The position numbers and the translations under genes were made by a program. The notes under the pieces were generated by a model that saw only the letters and a program-made list of their open reading frames with translations, did not search any database and was not told the DNA's origin. From a virus (lineage: Duplodnaviria; Caudoviricetes), in the IMG/VR virus record IMGVR_UViG_3300015615_000196, positions 32,001 to 96,000 of that record: a stretch of 64,000 nt of DNA. One strand, given 5' to 3'. Of the stretch, positions 21,052 through 29,748 are shown piece by piece (position 1 is the stretch's first letter; each line of letters starts with the position of its first letter).

Positions 21052-21447
21052 ATGATTACAATCCACAAGAAAGATGGGCTTCAAACAGACGAGAACTACC
21101 TCAACTATATTACTGATTTCGTCAAATTTGCTGCTGCCATCCTGAACATGAAGGACGACTTCAACCTTTTCCTTCTTGGAAAGGGTCAGGATGGGGAGTC
21201 TACGACAGGTGGATACAGTCCGAGCGAAAATACGATCCGTGTTCTTTATCAGGACAGAGCATTAGTGGACATCTTGAGAAGTATCGCTCACGAAATGGAG
21301 CATCAGCGTCAGAATAATCACGAACTCATTCAAGGAAAACCACAGAATATCGGTGGGTTCTTGGAGAATGATGCAAACATCATTGCTGGAATCTTAATTA
21401 AACTTTACGTCAAAGCGACAAACAATCACAACCTATACTGGATGTAA
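21052..21447 (+). CDS. Zincin-type metallopeptidase-like protein
   Basis: IAHEMEHQRQ (HExxH), then a downstream E (ENDAN). Confidence 0.6.
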   Translation: MITIHKKDGLQTDENYLNYITDFVKFAAAILNMKDDFNLFLLGKGQDGESTTGGYSPSENTIRVLYQDRALVDILRSIAHEMEHQRQNNHELIQGKPQNIGGFLENDANIIAGILIKLYVKATNNHNLYWM

Positions 21448-21472
21448 TTGTCACGCTTGACTATTACACTGT

Positions 21473-21817
21473 ATGGAGAAGATTTCTAAAGTCATCAGAT
21501 CACACGCGAATGGATCAATGTTCGAGTACGTGTTCTTTTGTCCGGGATGTGGTTGTGCACACGGGATTCGTACTACAAGTTGGCCGATGCCAACCGGATT
21601 AACAGAAGAGTACATTGAACTCTTCCAGAACAAATGGACTTTTAATGGTGATGTTGAGAAGCCTACTATACACCCTTCCATTCATGTATGGCATAAAGAT
21701 AAGAAAGGCAATAAAACTACAACTTGCCATTCGTTCGTTACGGAAGGTAAAATCCAATACCTCAATGATTGTATCCACGATTTAAAGGGACAGACAATCG
21801 ACTTGCCGGATTTTTGA
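21473..21817 (+). CDS. Zn-binding DUF6527-like protein
   Basis: FCPGCGCAH, PTIHPSI and CHSFVTEGKIQYLNDCIH. Confidence 0.6.
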   Translation: MEKISKVIRSHANGSMFEYVFFCPGCGCAHGIRTTSWPMPTGLTEEYIELFQNKWTFNGDVEKPTIHPSIHVWHKDKKGNKTTTCHSFVTEGKIQYLNDCIHDLKGQTIDLPDF

Positions 21818-21893
21818 GCACAAGGTGGGATTCGAACCCACGACATATGCCTGTTTTGCAGACAGGAGCCTTGAACCACTTGGCGACATGTGC
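21817..21893 (-). tRNA. tRNA-Cys(GCA)
   Basis: Cloverleaf, CCUGU-CUGCAAA-ACAGG. Confidence 0.9.
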
Positions 21894-21898
21894 GTGTG

Positions 21899-21980
21899 TA
21901 CCCCCGACAGGATTCGAACCTGTACGCCTTTCGGCACTACGTTCTAAGCGTAGCATGACTACCATTTCCAACACGGGGGC
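21899..21980 (-). tRNA. tRNA-Leu(TAG)
   Basis: Type II cloverleaf, loop CUUAGAA. Confidence 0.92.
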
Positions 21981-22516
21981 ATTTTAATCTCTTTCTAATA
22001 AGTATTTATGGGTATGCAGGGAGTAAACGAAATAACCAACATTTTCAAGGACGACCAAGAATACATTCCGGTCATTGCTGATCACGGAACGGTTGATGAT
22101 GCCATTTTCGGTGCTGCACTTCGTAAGGGTCATCTACCCAAATCCAATGTTACTACCGAATCTTTCAACATTGTCAAGAAGAATATCTACAAGATACACA
22201 AGCATGACGTGCCAAAGTTACTCAAGCTGCTCGAAGGTCTCAACAAAAGGCATCAAAATCAATTTCAGCCTCACATTGACGACATTTCTTACCACTTCAA
22301 CTCAATCAAAAAGAAGAACTAATCCTTATCTACATCGTTGAGTACGTACTTCACAAGAAGCACAACTGCGATTGTACTGAAAGGAATAAACAGTATGATC
22401 AAATCGATCAAGAAAAGAACTGGATTAATGAATCCATGATTCTTCAACTTGTAGTAAGTTGTCAACGGGAGGATTATTCTCCACCAGTTGAATTGCTTGA
22501 TCTTATCCATCATATG

Positions 22517-22598
22517 TACCCTTGGAGGGACTCGAACCCCCACGCCTCACGGCACTGGCTTCTTAGACCAGCGTGGCTACCAATTACACCACAAGGGC
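22517..22598 (-). tRNA. tRNA-Leu(AAG)
   Basis: Type II cloverleaf, CUGGU-CUAAGAA-GCCAG. Confidence 0.88.
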
Positions 22599-22627
22599 AT
22601 GTACATTTAAATACTGAGAAGTATTTG

Positions 22628-22698
22628 AGCCTTGACTGAGAATTGAACTCAGATTCTTTGTTTACGAAACAAAAGTTTTGCCGTTAAACTATCAAGGC
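22628..22698 (-). tRNA. tRNA-Thr(CGT)
   Basis: Loop UUCGUAA. Confidence 0.85.
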
Positions 22699-22705
22699 AA
22701 TTTTT

Positions 22706-22780
22706 TGGAGCCTCCAATGAGAATCGAACTCATGTTTCTCCCTTACCAAGGGAATGTTCTACCATTGCAACTATGGAGGC
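22706..22780 (-). tRNA. tRNA-Thr(GGT)
   Basis: Loop UUGGUAA; encoded CCA. Confidence 0.92.
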
Positions 22781-22786
22781 TTATAC

Positions 22787-22872
22787 AAAGTATTGTTCTG
22801 ACATTGAACTACGCCCTTACGTCATGATCGTAATTTGAGGATCGGTGGGACTCCAACCCACAACTATACTTC
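22787..22872 (-). ncRNA. Circularly permuted tRNA-like (Y RNA/YrlA-like) RNA 2
   Basis: T-arm GUGGG-UUGGAGU-CCCAC lies 5' of D-arm GUUC-AAUGUCA-GAAC; closed by AAGUAU/AUACUU. Confidence 0.6.
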
Positions 22873-22874
22873 TG

Positions 22875-22947
22875 AGACCGTAACGGGACTCAAACCCGTA
22901 GCTTTTCGTTTTAGGGACGACCACTCTATCAGTTGAGTTATACGGCC
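22875..22947 (-). tRNA. Amber suppressor tRNA(CUA)
   Basis: GGCCGUA/UACGGUC acceptor, U73; GUCGU-CCCUAAA-ACGAA; C33 instead of U33. Confidence 0.75.
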
Positions 22948-22956
22948 AAATATTAG

Positions 22957-23161
22957 AACAACAAGCACTCTGACATTGAGTTACATCCGTGCAGTGGCCA
23001 CTGTACATGTCAAACTTTGGATTCTTCCCTGATGACTTGACGTTGTAAGGGGAATTCTCATATTGCTACAAGAATTACAACATCTTTATAACGCCTTTGC
23101 TCTGGTATCGAACTTTCAGCTTGGTGGATGATGGGAATCCAACCCACAACTTCTTGTTGTT
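22957..23161 (-). ncRNA. Circularly permuted tRNA-like (Y RNA/YrlA-like) RNA 1
   Basis: AACAACAAG/CUUGUUGUU closing stem; T-arm GUGGG-UUGGAUU-CCCAU; CAUCC/GGAUG acceptor-like stem with ~140-nt insert; D-arm ACUC-AAUGUCA-GAGU. Confidence 0.6.
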
Positions 23162-23164
23162 TTG

Positions 23165-23237
23165 TGCGGAAGGTGAGAATCGAACTCACATTACTGGTTT
23201 TTCAAACCAGCACCTTGACCACGTTGGTAACAACCGC
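23165..23237 (-). tRNA. tRNA-Phe(GAA)
   Basis: Loop UUGAAAA. Confidence 0.85.
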
Positions 23238-23243
23238 ATATCG

Positions 23244-23315
23244 TGGAGATAATGGGAATCGAACCCACTTGTGATGTCGTCTGACACCAAACTCGTCCAT
23301 TGAGTAACTATCCCC
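23244..23315 (-). tRNA. tRNA-like RNA with Ala acceptor identity and non-canonical anticodon arm
   Basis: GGGGAUA/UAUCUCC (G3:U70), A73, normal T-arm; 7-bp stem capped by AGAC. Confidence 0.55.
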
Positions 23316-23818
23316 TACTAAATAATTTCTTCAAAAATTTCCATTTGGTATCGACACCCGTTGTCGGATATGTCTCTACATCAAAAACCTCTTTGTAACC
23401 TGACCAGCAATCGTCTGGCATTTTTGTCCAGACACAGAACATTCCAATTGCCGGAGTGTCTTTTCCGAGTTTCAACAATCGCCACGTTCCACCATATATT
23501 TTGCGATACCATTTCTTATCCAAGAAATTGCTACCCCAATACATGTTCTCTTGTTTCCGTAGCAGGTCTAACGATTCTGTTACCATTTGTCGTAGTCGGT
23601 TAAGTTGATTTTTTTACCGTCTGCTCTTTCTACTTCTACAACAGTTCCAAGTCCTGTTGGTGTAAACATGAAGGTGTACCCACCACCGATTGTAGCAGGA
23701 GGAAGTTTCTTCAACTTCTTATTCCATGCTTCGAGTTTTTTGATTTCATCTTCATCCAGTTCAAACTTGTAACTGGTTAAGATTTTTCCTGTATTTGCTT
23801 TCATACAAATAATTTATG

Positions 23819-23907
23819 CTCTTCCTATAGGATTCGAACCTATGCGGGGTGATTGCCACCCACCTGATTAACAGTCAGGACTTTTCGGCCACTAAAGCAA
23901 AGGAAGA
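23819..23907 (-). tRNA. tRNA-Asn(GTT) with long variable arm
   Basis: Loop CUGUUAA; GGGUG-gcaau-CACCC extra arm. Confidence 0.8.
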
Positions 23908-24112
23908 ATTTATTCATCAAATCCGGTTTCGTAAAAACCAGTCGTAATGAAGTCTGTATTATTCAATCCGATAAATCTGAATTTCTCCACAAGTTCGGGA
24001 TTGATCTTAACAACGTTTCCGTTGTCGTCAAGAAACTGGATGTCCTTCAAGTCAACCTTGTTGATCTCTCGTCTACGGGCATCCAGTTCTAAAATTTCGC
24101 TTATTTTTACTT

Positions 24113-24478
24113 TCATACTTCTGAAACTACTGCAAAGTAGATTTCTTTTGGCATTTCTCCAAATATGAATGCAGTTACATCACACAACCACATATTGAAA
24201 TCATAATCGATGCTCTTGTACGATTTGAGGTTGTACACTGCACCACCAACTTCTTCCATATCCGGCACACCGTTGCAAACCCATGTGAGTTTGTCGGCCC
24301 CGCCAAAATCTTCATCAGCAAATCTCAACTTAATTTCTCCTTGTCCTTGAGAAAGTATGTCAAGAAAACTATCAGCACCAAGAACCATTTGGAGTGCATC
24401 TTTACCACCTTCCCATTCAGGAAGATCAATATACCAGTTCCCCGATGTCTCTTTGTAAAACTTGCATGTCCTTTCCAT
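24113..24478 (-). CDS. Hypothetical protein (DUF6717-like)
   Basis: WYIDLPEW...LQMVLGAD...WLCDVT..FGEMPK.IY. Confidence 0.55.
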   Translation of the reverse strand: MERTCKFYKETSGNWYIDLPEWEGGKDALQMVLGADSFLDILSQGQGEIKLRFADEDFGGADKLTWVCNGVPDMEEVGGAVYNLKSYKSIDYDFNMWLCDVTAFIFGEMPKEIYFAVVSEV

Positions 24479-24795
24479 AGTGCTTCTTTATTTTGTTCAG
24501 AAGAGCAAGGTCTTCTGCGTTGTAATCATCATCTTTTTTCTTCTTGTTCATTTCTTCGATTGATTCGTAGAAACGAATTCGGTGTCTCCACACGTACTTT
24601 GCACCAACTGCTTTCTTGAATGTTCTTAAATCCAGATCATCGTGTAACCAGTAAAGTGCGTAATCTTGTCCTGCGTAACCTTCAATGAAATCTTGTCCTT
24701 CAATTAATTCTGATTTTAGTATTGCCTTGCGAATGTATTTCTTGTAGTGTGTAAGTCCCTTAATGTAAATCGTTCTCATTGTTTTGTTTCATATG

Positions 24796-24883
24796 CAGAG
24801 AGTGAGGGATTCGAACCCCCGTTACCCGCAAGGGGTAATCCAGTTTTCAAGACTGGTGCAATCATCCACTCTGCCAACTCTCT
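24796..24883 (-). tRNA. tRNA-Ser(TGA)
   Basis: Type II, loop CUUGAAA. Confidence 0.92.
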
Positions 24884-24902
24884 ATTGTAGTAATACATAC
24901 TC

Positions 24903-25406
24903 TCATATTAGTGAAAGTATTGATTCTGTCGCGTTTTTCAAACTGATTTCAACATACGGTACTTTGAACCATTCCAGACAACGAAGCACTTCTTCGTCTA
25001 CTTTGATCGCGTCTTCAAGTTTCTGCGATCTCCCGTGTTCTTTGTATTCAGTCTCACGTTTCAAGAAGAAGTTCAAGTTCTGGTATCTCTTGAATTCGTG
25101 AAAGACGTTTGCATGGAAGTGTTTGTTGTCGTCACCTTTTCCACTGTACACGATTGAATTGAACAGTGGTGCATCGGTTACGGCAATGTCAATCGTATCT
25201 TTCAGACGGAAGAATTTCTGGTGCTGATTCGCGAAAATCATTTGCTGATTTTCCATCATTTTGAATGACTGGTTCCACGTAAGTTCTTTTGCGTACTCGT
25301 CAACATATTCAACTTTGAGTTGCTTCATGTTTAGTTCCGTGAAAACCCTCATTGCAACCGTTGTCTTACCGACTCCGGGGCCACCAAAAAGATTGATTAC
25401 CTTCAT
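24903..25406 (-). CDS. P-loop kinase (NadR/AAA_28-like)
   Basis: MKVINLFGGPGVGKTT, EYAKE and TDAPL; true start lies after the tRNA. Confidence 0.75.
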   Translation of the reverse strand: MKVINLFGGPGVGKTTVAMRVFTELNMKQLKVEYVDEYAKELTWNQSFKMMENQQMIFANQHQKFFRLKDTIDIAVTDAPLFNSIVYSGKGDDNKHFHANVFHEFKRYQNLNFFLKRETEYKEHGRSQKLEDAIKVDEEVLRCLEWFKVPYVEISLKNATESILSLI

Positions 25407-25447
25407 AAGATTTGCTTTCCACAAATATATGAAATCTCTTTTGAATT

Positions 25448-25540
25448 TGGAAGAGGGTGTGGGACTCGAACCCACAAATCGGAATGGTTACCGACTTGCT
25501 CGTTTTCAAGACGAGTTCTTCATCCAGCCAGATACCCTCT
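25448..25540 (-). tRNA. tRNA-Ser(TGA), atypical D-arm
   Basis: Loop CUUGAAA; long variable arm; CCA. Confidence 0.75.
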
Positions 25541-25546
25541 ATGGTT

Positions 25547-25636
25547 TGGCAGAGAGTACAGGACTCGAACCTGTAAGACGTTTTACCGTCACGCCTGTTT
25601 TCGAGACAGGTGCATTGCCAATTATGCTAACTCTCT
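25547..25636 (-). tRNA. tRNA-Ser(CGA)
   Basis: Loop CUCGAAA; CCA. Confidence 0.9.
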
Positions 25637-25644
25637 GTGTATTG

Positions 25645-25733
25645 AGGAAAAGATGGGAGTCGAACCCACATTGGCGGTTCGTTGCCAGTGACGGCCCGGT
25701 TTCCTCCATATTAACCAGTTATAAGACCTTCCC
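25645..25733 (-). tRNA. Atypical tRNA-like RNA, anticodon unresolved
   Basis: Acceptor GGGAAGG/CUUUUCC and T-arm present; no canonical anticodon arm. Confidence 0.45.
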
Positions 25734-25870
25734 AAGTTAAATGTGTTGTTGTAAGTAGTAAGGGGTCGAACCTTTTTATGCCGTCCTCTTCTTTCCGTTT
25801 TCACTGTTCGAACAGTTACTAACGTGTCTGCGCAGACCAACACCGAAGTTATAAGCCCCGGCCACATTTG

Positions 25871-25943
25871 AGCGAGTGAAGGGACTCGAACCCTCAACTC
25901 CTGATTGGAAGTCAGGTGTGTTAGCCATTAGCACCACACTCGC
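25871..25943 (-). tRNA. tRNA-Gly(TCC)
   Basis: Loop CUUCCAA. Confidence 0.92.
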
Positions 25944-26098
25944 AGATGTCAAAACTTATTGTTTGGTATTTTGACTGGATGCCCATCATACCCTGCCGGA
26001 TATAAAAGTTTCCTGATTCTCTCAACATCACCATTGTCCACCAGTTCTAATCAACTGAAACAATCCTTGCATAGATGAATAGTCTACACAAGCCCGTG

Positions 26099-26170
26099 AG
26101 CAGATAGAGGGAATCGAACCCTCGTCCGTGCCTTGGCAAGGCACTATAATAACCACTATACGACATCTGC
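26099..26170 (-). tRNA. tRNA-Gly(GCC)
   Basis: Loop UUGCCAA. Confidence 0.9.
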
Positions 26171-26331
26171 GGATCAAAGCAGCATTGTTTTTTCAGGGTG
26201 ATCAAACCCTCTGGCTCCACGCATCACCACTGACCCACTTCACATTGATCAAATGTTCATCATGGTTCGCTGACACTTAAACGGTTTAAACATTCACTTA
26301 CGCCACGCGAGTAAGCTACACTACTTCAAAG

Positions 26332-26405
26332 AGCGAATAGTGGGGTTCGAACCCACGAGCCTTCTCCTTGGCAAGGAGACGTTCTACCAACTGAACTACA
26401 TTCGC
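26332..26405 (-). tRNA. tRNA-Gly(GCC)
   Basis: Loop UUGCCAA. Confidence 0.92.
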
Positions 26406-26468
26406 ATGGAGGCAGAGAGGCAGTGCTCCCACTGTGAGTCCCTTTTAAACTCTGCCATTTAATTATTG

Positions 26469-26542
26469 CTGGTTGGGTGAGAGTCGAACTCACATCTTAC
26501 AAGTTAACAGCTTGCCGTTTTACCAATTAGTACTACCAACCA
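26469..26542 (-). tRNA. tRNA-Asn(GTT)
   Basis: Loop CUGUUAA. Confidence 0.85.
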
Positions 26543-26547
26543 AAGTG

Positions 26548-26638
26548 CGGAGAGTGAGGGATTTGAACCCCCGGAACCCTTTTACGGGTTCGCCTGTTTA
26601 GCAAACAGGTGCAATCGGCCAGACTCTGCCAACTCTCC
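26548..26638 (-). tRNA. tRNA-Ser(GCT)
   Basis: Type II, loop UUGCUAA. Confidence 0.92.
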
Positions 26639-26642
26639 ATTA

Positions 26643-26727
26643 TGCATCGTATACGATTCGAACGTATGATTCTTTAAAGGAATGTCCGCTACACGCAGAC
26701 CGTCTTAAACCACTCAACCAACGATAC
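26643..26727 (-). tRNA. Leu-type tRNA body with aberrant anticodon loop (CGUGUAG)
   Basis: A73, long variable arm; GUCUG-CGUGUAG-CGGAC. Confidence 0.55.
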
Positions 26728-26733
26728 ATGTTG

Positions 26734-26806
26734 TAGGCAATGAAGGACTCGAACCTTCCTGACCACTTTATAAGAGTGGCATAATCCACCCATATATGAA
26801 TTGCCC
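26734..26806 (-). tRNA. tRNA-Ile(TAT)
   Basis: CCACU-CUUAUAA-AGUGG. Confidence 0.85.
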
Positions 26807-27159
26807 ATTTATTTTTTTCGACCACCATTCAAAATTTCGACTTTGAATTTTGTCTTGATCACATTCAAGATCAAAGTCTTTACAAACTCTGGTAGTTTGC
26901 TGTTGTTTTTTACTTCCTCTTCAAACTGATGAACCATCAATGATCCATAGTAGTTCTTGTTTCTTATGGTTTTCAAATCAACAAAGAATTTGTTGTATCT
27001 CTGCATGATTCGATTCACAGACCAAGTGATGTCCGGTCGATTCAATTCTTCCAGAACTTCTTCTAAGACAACGGCACATCTGTATTCTCTTGATGTGTAT
27101 GCATCTGCCCTAAATTTTTTCTCATACGGTTTGTGTTCCATAAATTTATTTAAGTTTTG

Positions 27160-27272
27160 CTGTACCAGTAGGATTCGAACCTACATAAGGAGATTAGGAC
27201 GTTACTGTCTTTCTCTCTTTTTCCTCTCCCCTGAGACAGAGGGGAAATGTCTGCCAGTTCCACCACAGTACA
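27160..27272 (-). tRNA. tRNA-Asp(GTC)-like with ~40-nt variable insert
   Basis: CCCCU-CUGUCUC-AGGGG, G73, purine-rich insert. Confidence 0.6.
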
Positions 27273-27279
27273 ATTTATG

Positions 27280-27352
27280 TCGTCAAGGTAGGATTCGAAC
27301 CTACAGTCTCCAAGGTATCAGCTTGGCGATTTAACCGTTAATCTACATGACG
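27280..27352 (-). tRNA. tRNA-Ile(GAT)
   Basis: Loop CUGAUAC. Confidence 0.88.
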
Positions 27353-27397
27353 ATAGCAAGTGCCATTTATTTTACCTGAATATGGCGAACAGTTTAG

Positions 27398-27469
27398 TAG
27401 GCAGTGAAGGAGTCGAGCCTTCGTGACGAACTTATCAGGTTCGCATAATAACCCTTATATGAACCGCCC
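27398..27469 (-). tRNA. tRNA-Ile(GAT)
   Basis: Loop CUGAUAA. Confidence 0.82.
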
Positions 27470-28055
27470 ATTTATTTTCTTGTTTTGAATTCTTCTACGT
27501 ACTCTTTTGCTTCCGGGTCTTTACCCCAACCTTCGTTTCCGCTTGAATGTGCACCAACAAAACCAAAATTTACTATAGTTGTAGTGAATCTAAAGGTGTA
27601 GTTACCAACCTGAAATTCTTTTGCCTCCGGGTCTTCCGTGATCGCAATCGTATCGACCTCTCTCACTTTGAATTTCTTTAGTGAGTCTTTGAAGGACTTG
27701 ATGTTTATGTTACAGACTTCCATTTTACATGTATTTTTTTACCCATTCTTCTCTGGATGCAATTGCTTCTATCATCATTTTCATCATGAGTGCAACATTC
27801 TCTTCACTGCTTGACGAATCATCGGCTTGTCTTGCCAACATTACTTGATGCTTCTTATTCAGAAGATAGTACTCCAAGATCGTTCCGTTTCCGTTGTTTT
27901 GTGCACCAACTAATTCGAAATTCAAAAGAGGTTTGTCTCTCTTTGTCAAGAGCCTCAACTTTCGTGTATTGATGAAACATAAATCCATTGTTTAGGTTTT
28001 ATTCGTCAAGTAATCGGTTATTCAACCCATCCCCCAATTCAGGATGCAACCAGAG

Positions 28056-28129
28056 TACTCTCGGAGGGACTCGAACCCCCAACCCTTTCGTTCGAAGCGA
28101 ATCGTTCTTCCAATTGAAACTACGAGAGC
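28056..28129 (-). tRNA. tRNA-Arg(TCG)
   Basis: Loop CUUCGAA. Confidence 0.88.
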
Positions 28130-28134
28130 ATATG

Positions 28135-28207
28135 TACCTTCGGAGGGAATCGAACCCCCATTTGATCGTTCGTAGCGACCCGTTCTGATCCGTTAAACTA
28201 CGAAGGC
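28135..28207 (-). tRNA. tRNA-Arg(ACG)
   Basis: Loop CUACGAA. Confidence 0.9.
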
Positions 28208-28218
28208 ATATTTTGTTG

Positions 28219-28291
28219 AACATCTGATGGGACTCGAACCCACAACTACCCGTTTAGGAAACAGGGGTTCTTCCAATTGAACTACAGATGC
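28219..28291 (-). tRNA. tRNA-Arg(CCT)
   Basis: Loop UUCCUAA. Confidence 0.9.
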
Positions 28292-28295
28292 TTAT

Positions 28296-28371
28296 TGGTA
28301 CACTCGGAGGGACTCGAACCCCCAACGACTTGTTTAGAAGACAAGCGTTCTTCCGGTTGAACTACGAGTGC
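28296..28371 (-). tRNA. tRNA-Arg(TCT)
   Basis: Loop CUUCUAA; CCA. Confidence 0.92.
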
Positions 28372-28668
28372 ATATTAATGTTCGAAACAATCATACACAT
28401 AGATAGGAGTTTGTTCTCCCATGTACGCACCTGAAATGTTGAACTCGAAAAATTCTATGGCTTCTTCGTGCGTCATACCATCCCTGCTCATTAGCTTTTG
28501 GATGATCTTACCCACAGAGTAACACAGTCTCATTTTTGATTCATCAACTCCGATGACTGCATCATCGTGACCGTCAACTGTCAAAAAATTTTCTTCTAAA
28601 TAATATTCCAAAATCTCTTTAAGCATTTTTTGAATATTTGAGTCAGTGTTAATTAGAATAATCCATTG

Positions 28669-28740
28669 TACCCCTGACAGGAATCGAACCTGTATCAAAT
28701 GATTAGAAGTCACTTATTCTGTCCATTGAACTACGGGGGC
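28669..28740 (-). tRNA. tRNA-Arg(TCT)
   Basis: Loop CUUCUAA. Confidence 0.92.
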
Positions 28741-29000
28741 AGATCGGTTTAAACTCCGAACGTGAATTGGAAGTTCTCCCCTAAATCTCTTTTCACCTTT
28801 TGTCTGATGATGTTCTTGAAGTTTCCTTCGAACAAGAATGCAGTCAAGCCAACGTGAGCAATCACTCTTTTTTGTTTTCCACTCTCTACGATTGTGGATA
28901 CTGAGTTGATGCCTTCGACTTCAACTAAATTCATTTCGTTCAACAGAACAAACTTGTCAGAGACTAAATCTTTGATTGTATACATGCATTTAATTTTTAG

Positions 29001-29083
29001 AGCCAACTGTGGGATTCGAACCCACGCGACCTCACGGTTCCTGATTACAAATCAGGTGCAATCGTCCTCTATGCGAAGTTGGC
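29001..29083 (-). tRNA. tRNA-Thr(TGT) with extra arm
   Basis: Loop UUUGUAA; ACC-gtga-GGU variable hairpin. Confidence 0.85.
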
Positions 29084-29260
29084 GTTTAATGTCAGTAAAT
29101 ATCTTGCCACAGATAAATACTGGCACTATTATGCGTAATTATACGGATTTTATCCCGCATACGCAAATAATACTTCTCAACATGTCAATGATCAAATGAG
29201 ACCAGTGAATAAGGCTGTGCTTCGGCAAGCACATTTACGGCAACCTTATTCAAGGTTTCG

Positions 29261-29332
29261 TGGGACTAACAGGAATCGAACCTGTGCTGCGAGATTTTCA
29301 GTCTCGTACTCTACCTACTGAGTTATAGTCCC
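29261..29332 (-). tRNA. tRNA-Phe(GAA)
   Basis: Loop CUGAAAA. Confidence 0.92.
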
Positions 29333-29337
29333 AAATG

Positions 29338-29466
29338 CACAAAGGGTGGGAGTCGAACCCACAAGATACTTGAACCTACTACGAGTCACCTTCGCTTGAA
29401 GGCTTCTCTTTTTTGTTCGTTCTCACCGTTTTGGAGACGGGTTACCTCACCAATGGTGGCCGATGT
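29338..29466 (-). tRNA. tRNA-Trp(CCA)-like with ~60-nt variable insert
   Basis: CCGU-CUCCAAA-ACGG; T-arm intact; acceptor has two mismatches. Confidence 0.55.
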
Positions 29467-29471
29467 GTGTG

Positions 29472-29542
29472 CACAGGTAGTAGGATTCGAACCCACATCA
29501 ACGGTTTTGGAGACCGCTATACTGCCGTTGTACGATACCTGT
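29472..29542 (-). tRNA. tRNA-Trp(CCA)
   Basis: Loop CUCCAAA. Confidence 0.9.
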
Positions 29543-29579
29543 AAAATAAAAAACCCGATCTTTTGGATCGGGTCTTTTT
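29543..29579 (-). terminator. Attenuator terminator of tRNA array 1
   Basis: ACCCGAUC-caaaa-GAUCGGGU followed by a U tract, ending at the 5' end of tRNA-Trp. Confidence 0.85.
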
Positions 29580-29601
29580 GATTCTTTATTCTATCTACGA
29601 C

Positions 29602-29730
29602 TTAGATAGTGTTTAAGTCAAACGACCCGATATGAGAATTACTGCCTCTAAAATTGAGCGTAGAAATTCCTCCTGTTATGGTTGAACCACACCAGTTAAT
29701 GCGGGAAATATTTGACATTAGACTTTTCAT
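29602..29730 (-). CDS. Leader peptide of tRNA array 1 (42 aa)
   Basis: MKSLMSNISRINWCGSTITGGISTLNFRGSNSHIGSFDLNTI; contains the antiterminator AUCGGGUC (29624-29631). Confidence 0.75.
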   Translation of the reverse strand: MKSLMSNISRINWCGSTITGGISTLNFRGSNSHIGSFDLNTI

Positions 29731-29748
29731 TTTTTCTTAAATCTTGAG

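Noticed and set aside
22836-22990. Split tRNA with the suppressor tRNA nested as an intron
   Set aside because: The halves pair better within their own permuted units than across the suppressor
22957-23161. Two-piece (permuted) tmRNA
   Set aside because: No G3:U70 Ala acceptor and no tag reading frame after the 5' half
21682-28223. Short track ORFs overlapping tRNA genes (e.g. 21762-21974, 25622-25897, 27999-28223)
   Set aside because: Chance ORFs across tRNA sequences
21817-29542. Repeated GGATTCGAACC/GGACTCGAACC words as a CRISPR array
   Set aside because: These are reverse-complement tRNA T-loops; no fixed repeat-spacer period and no cas genes
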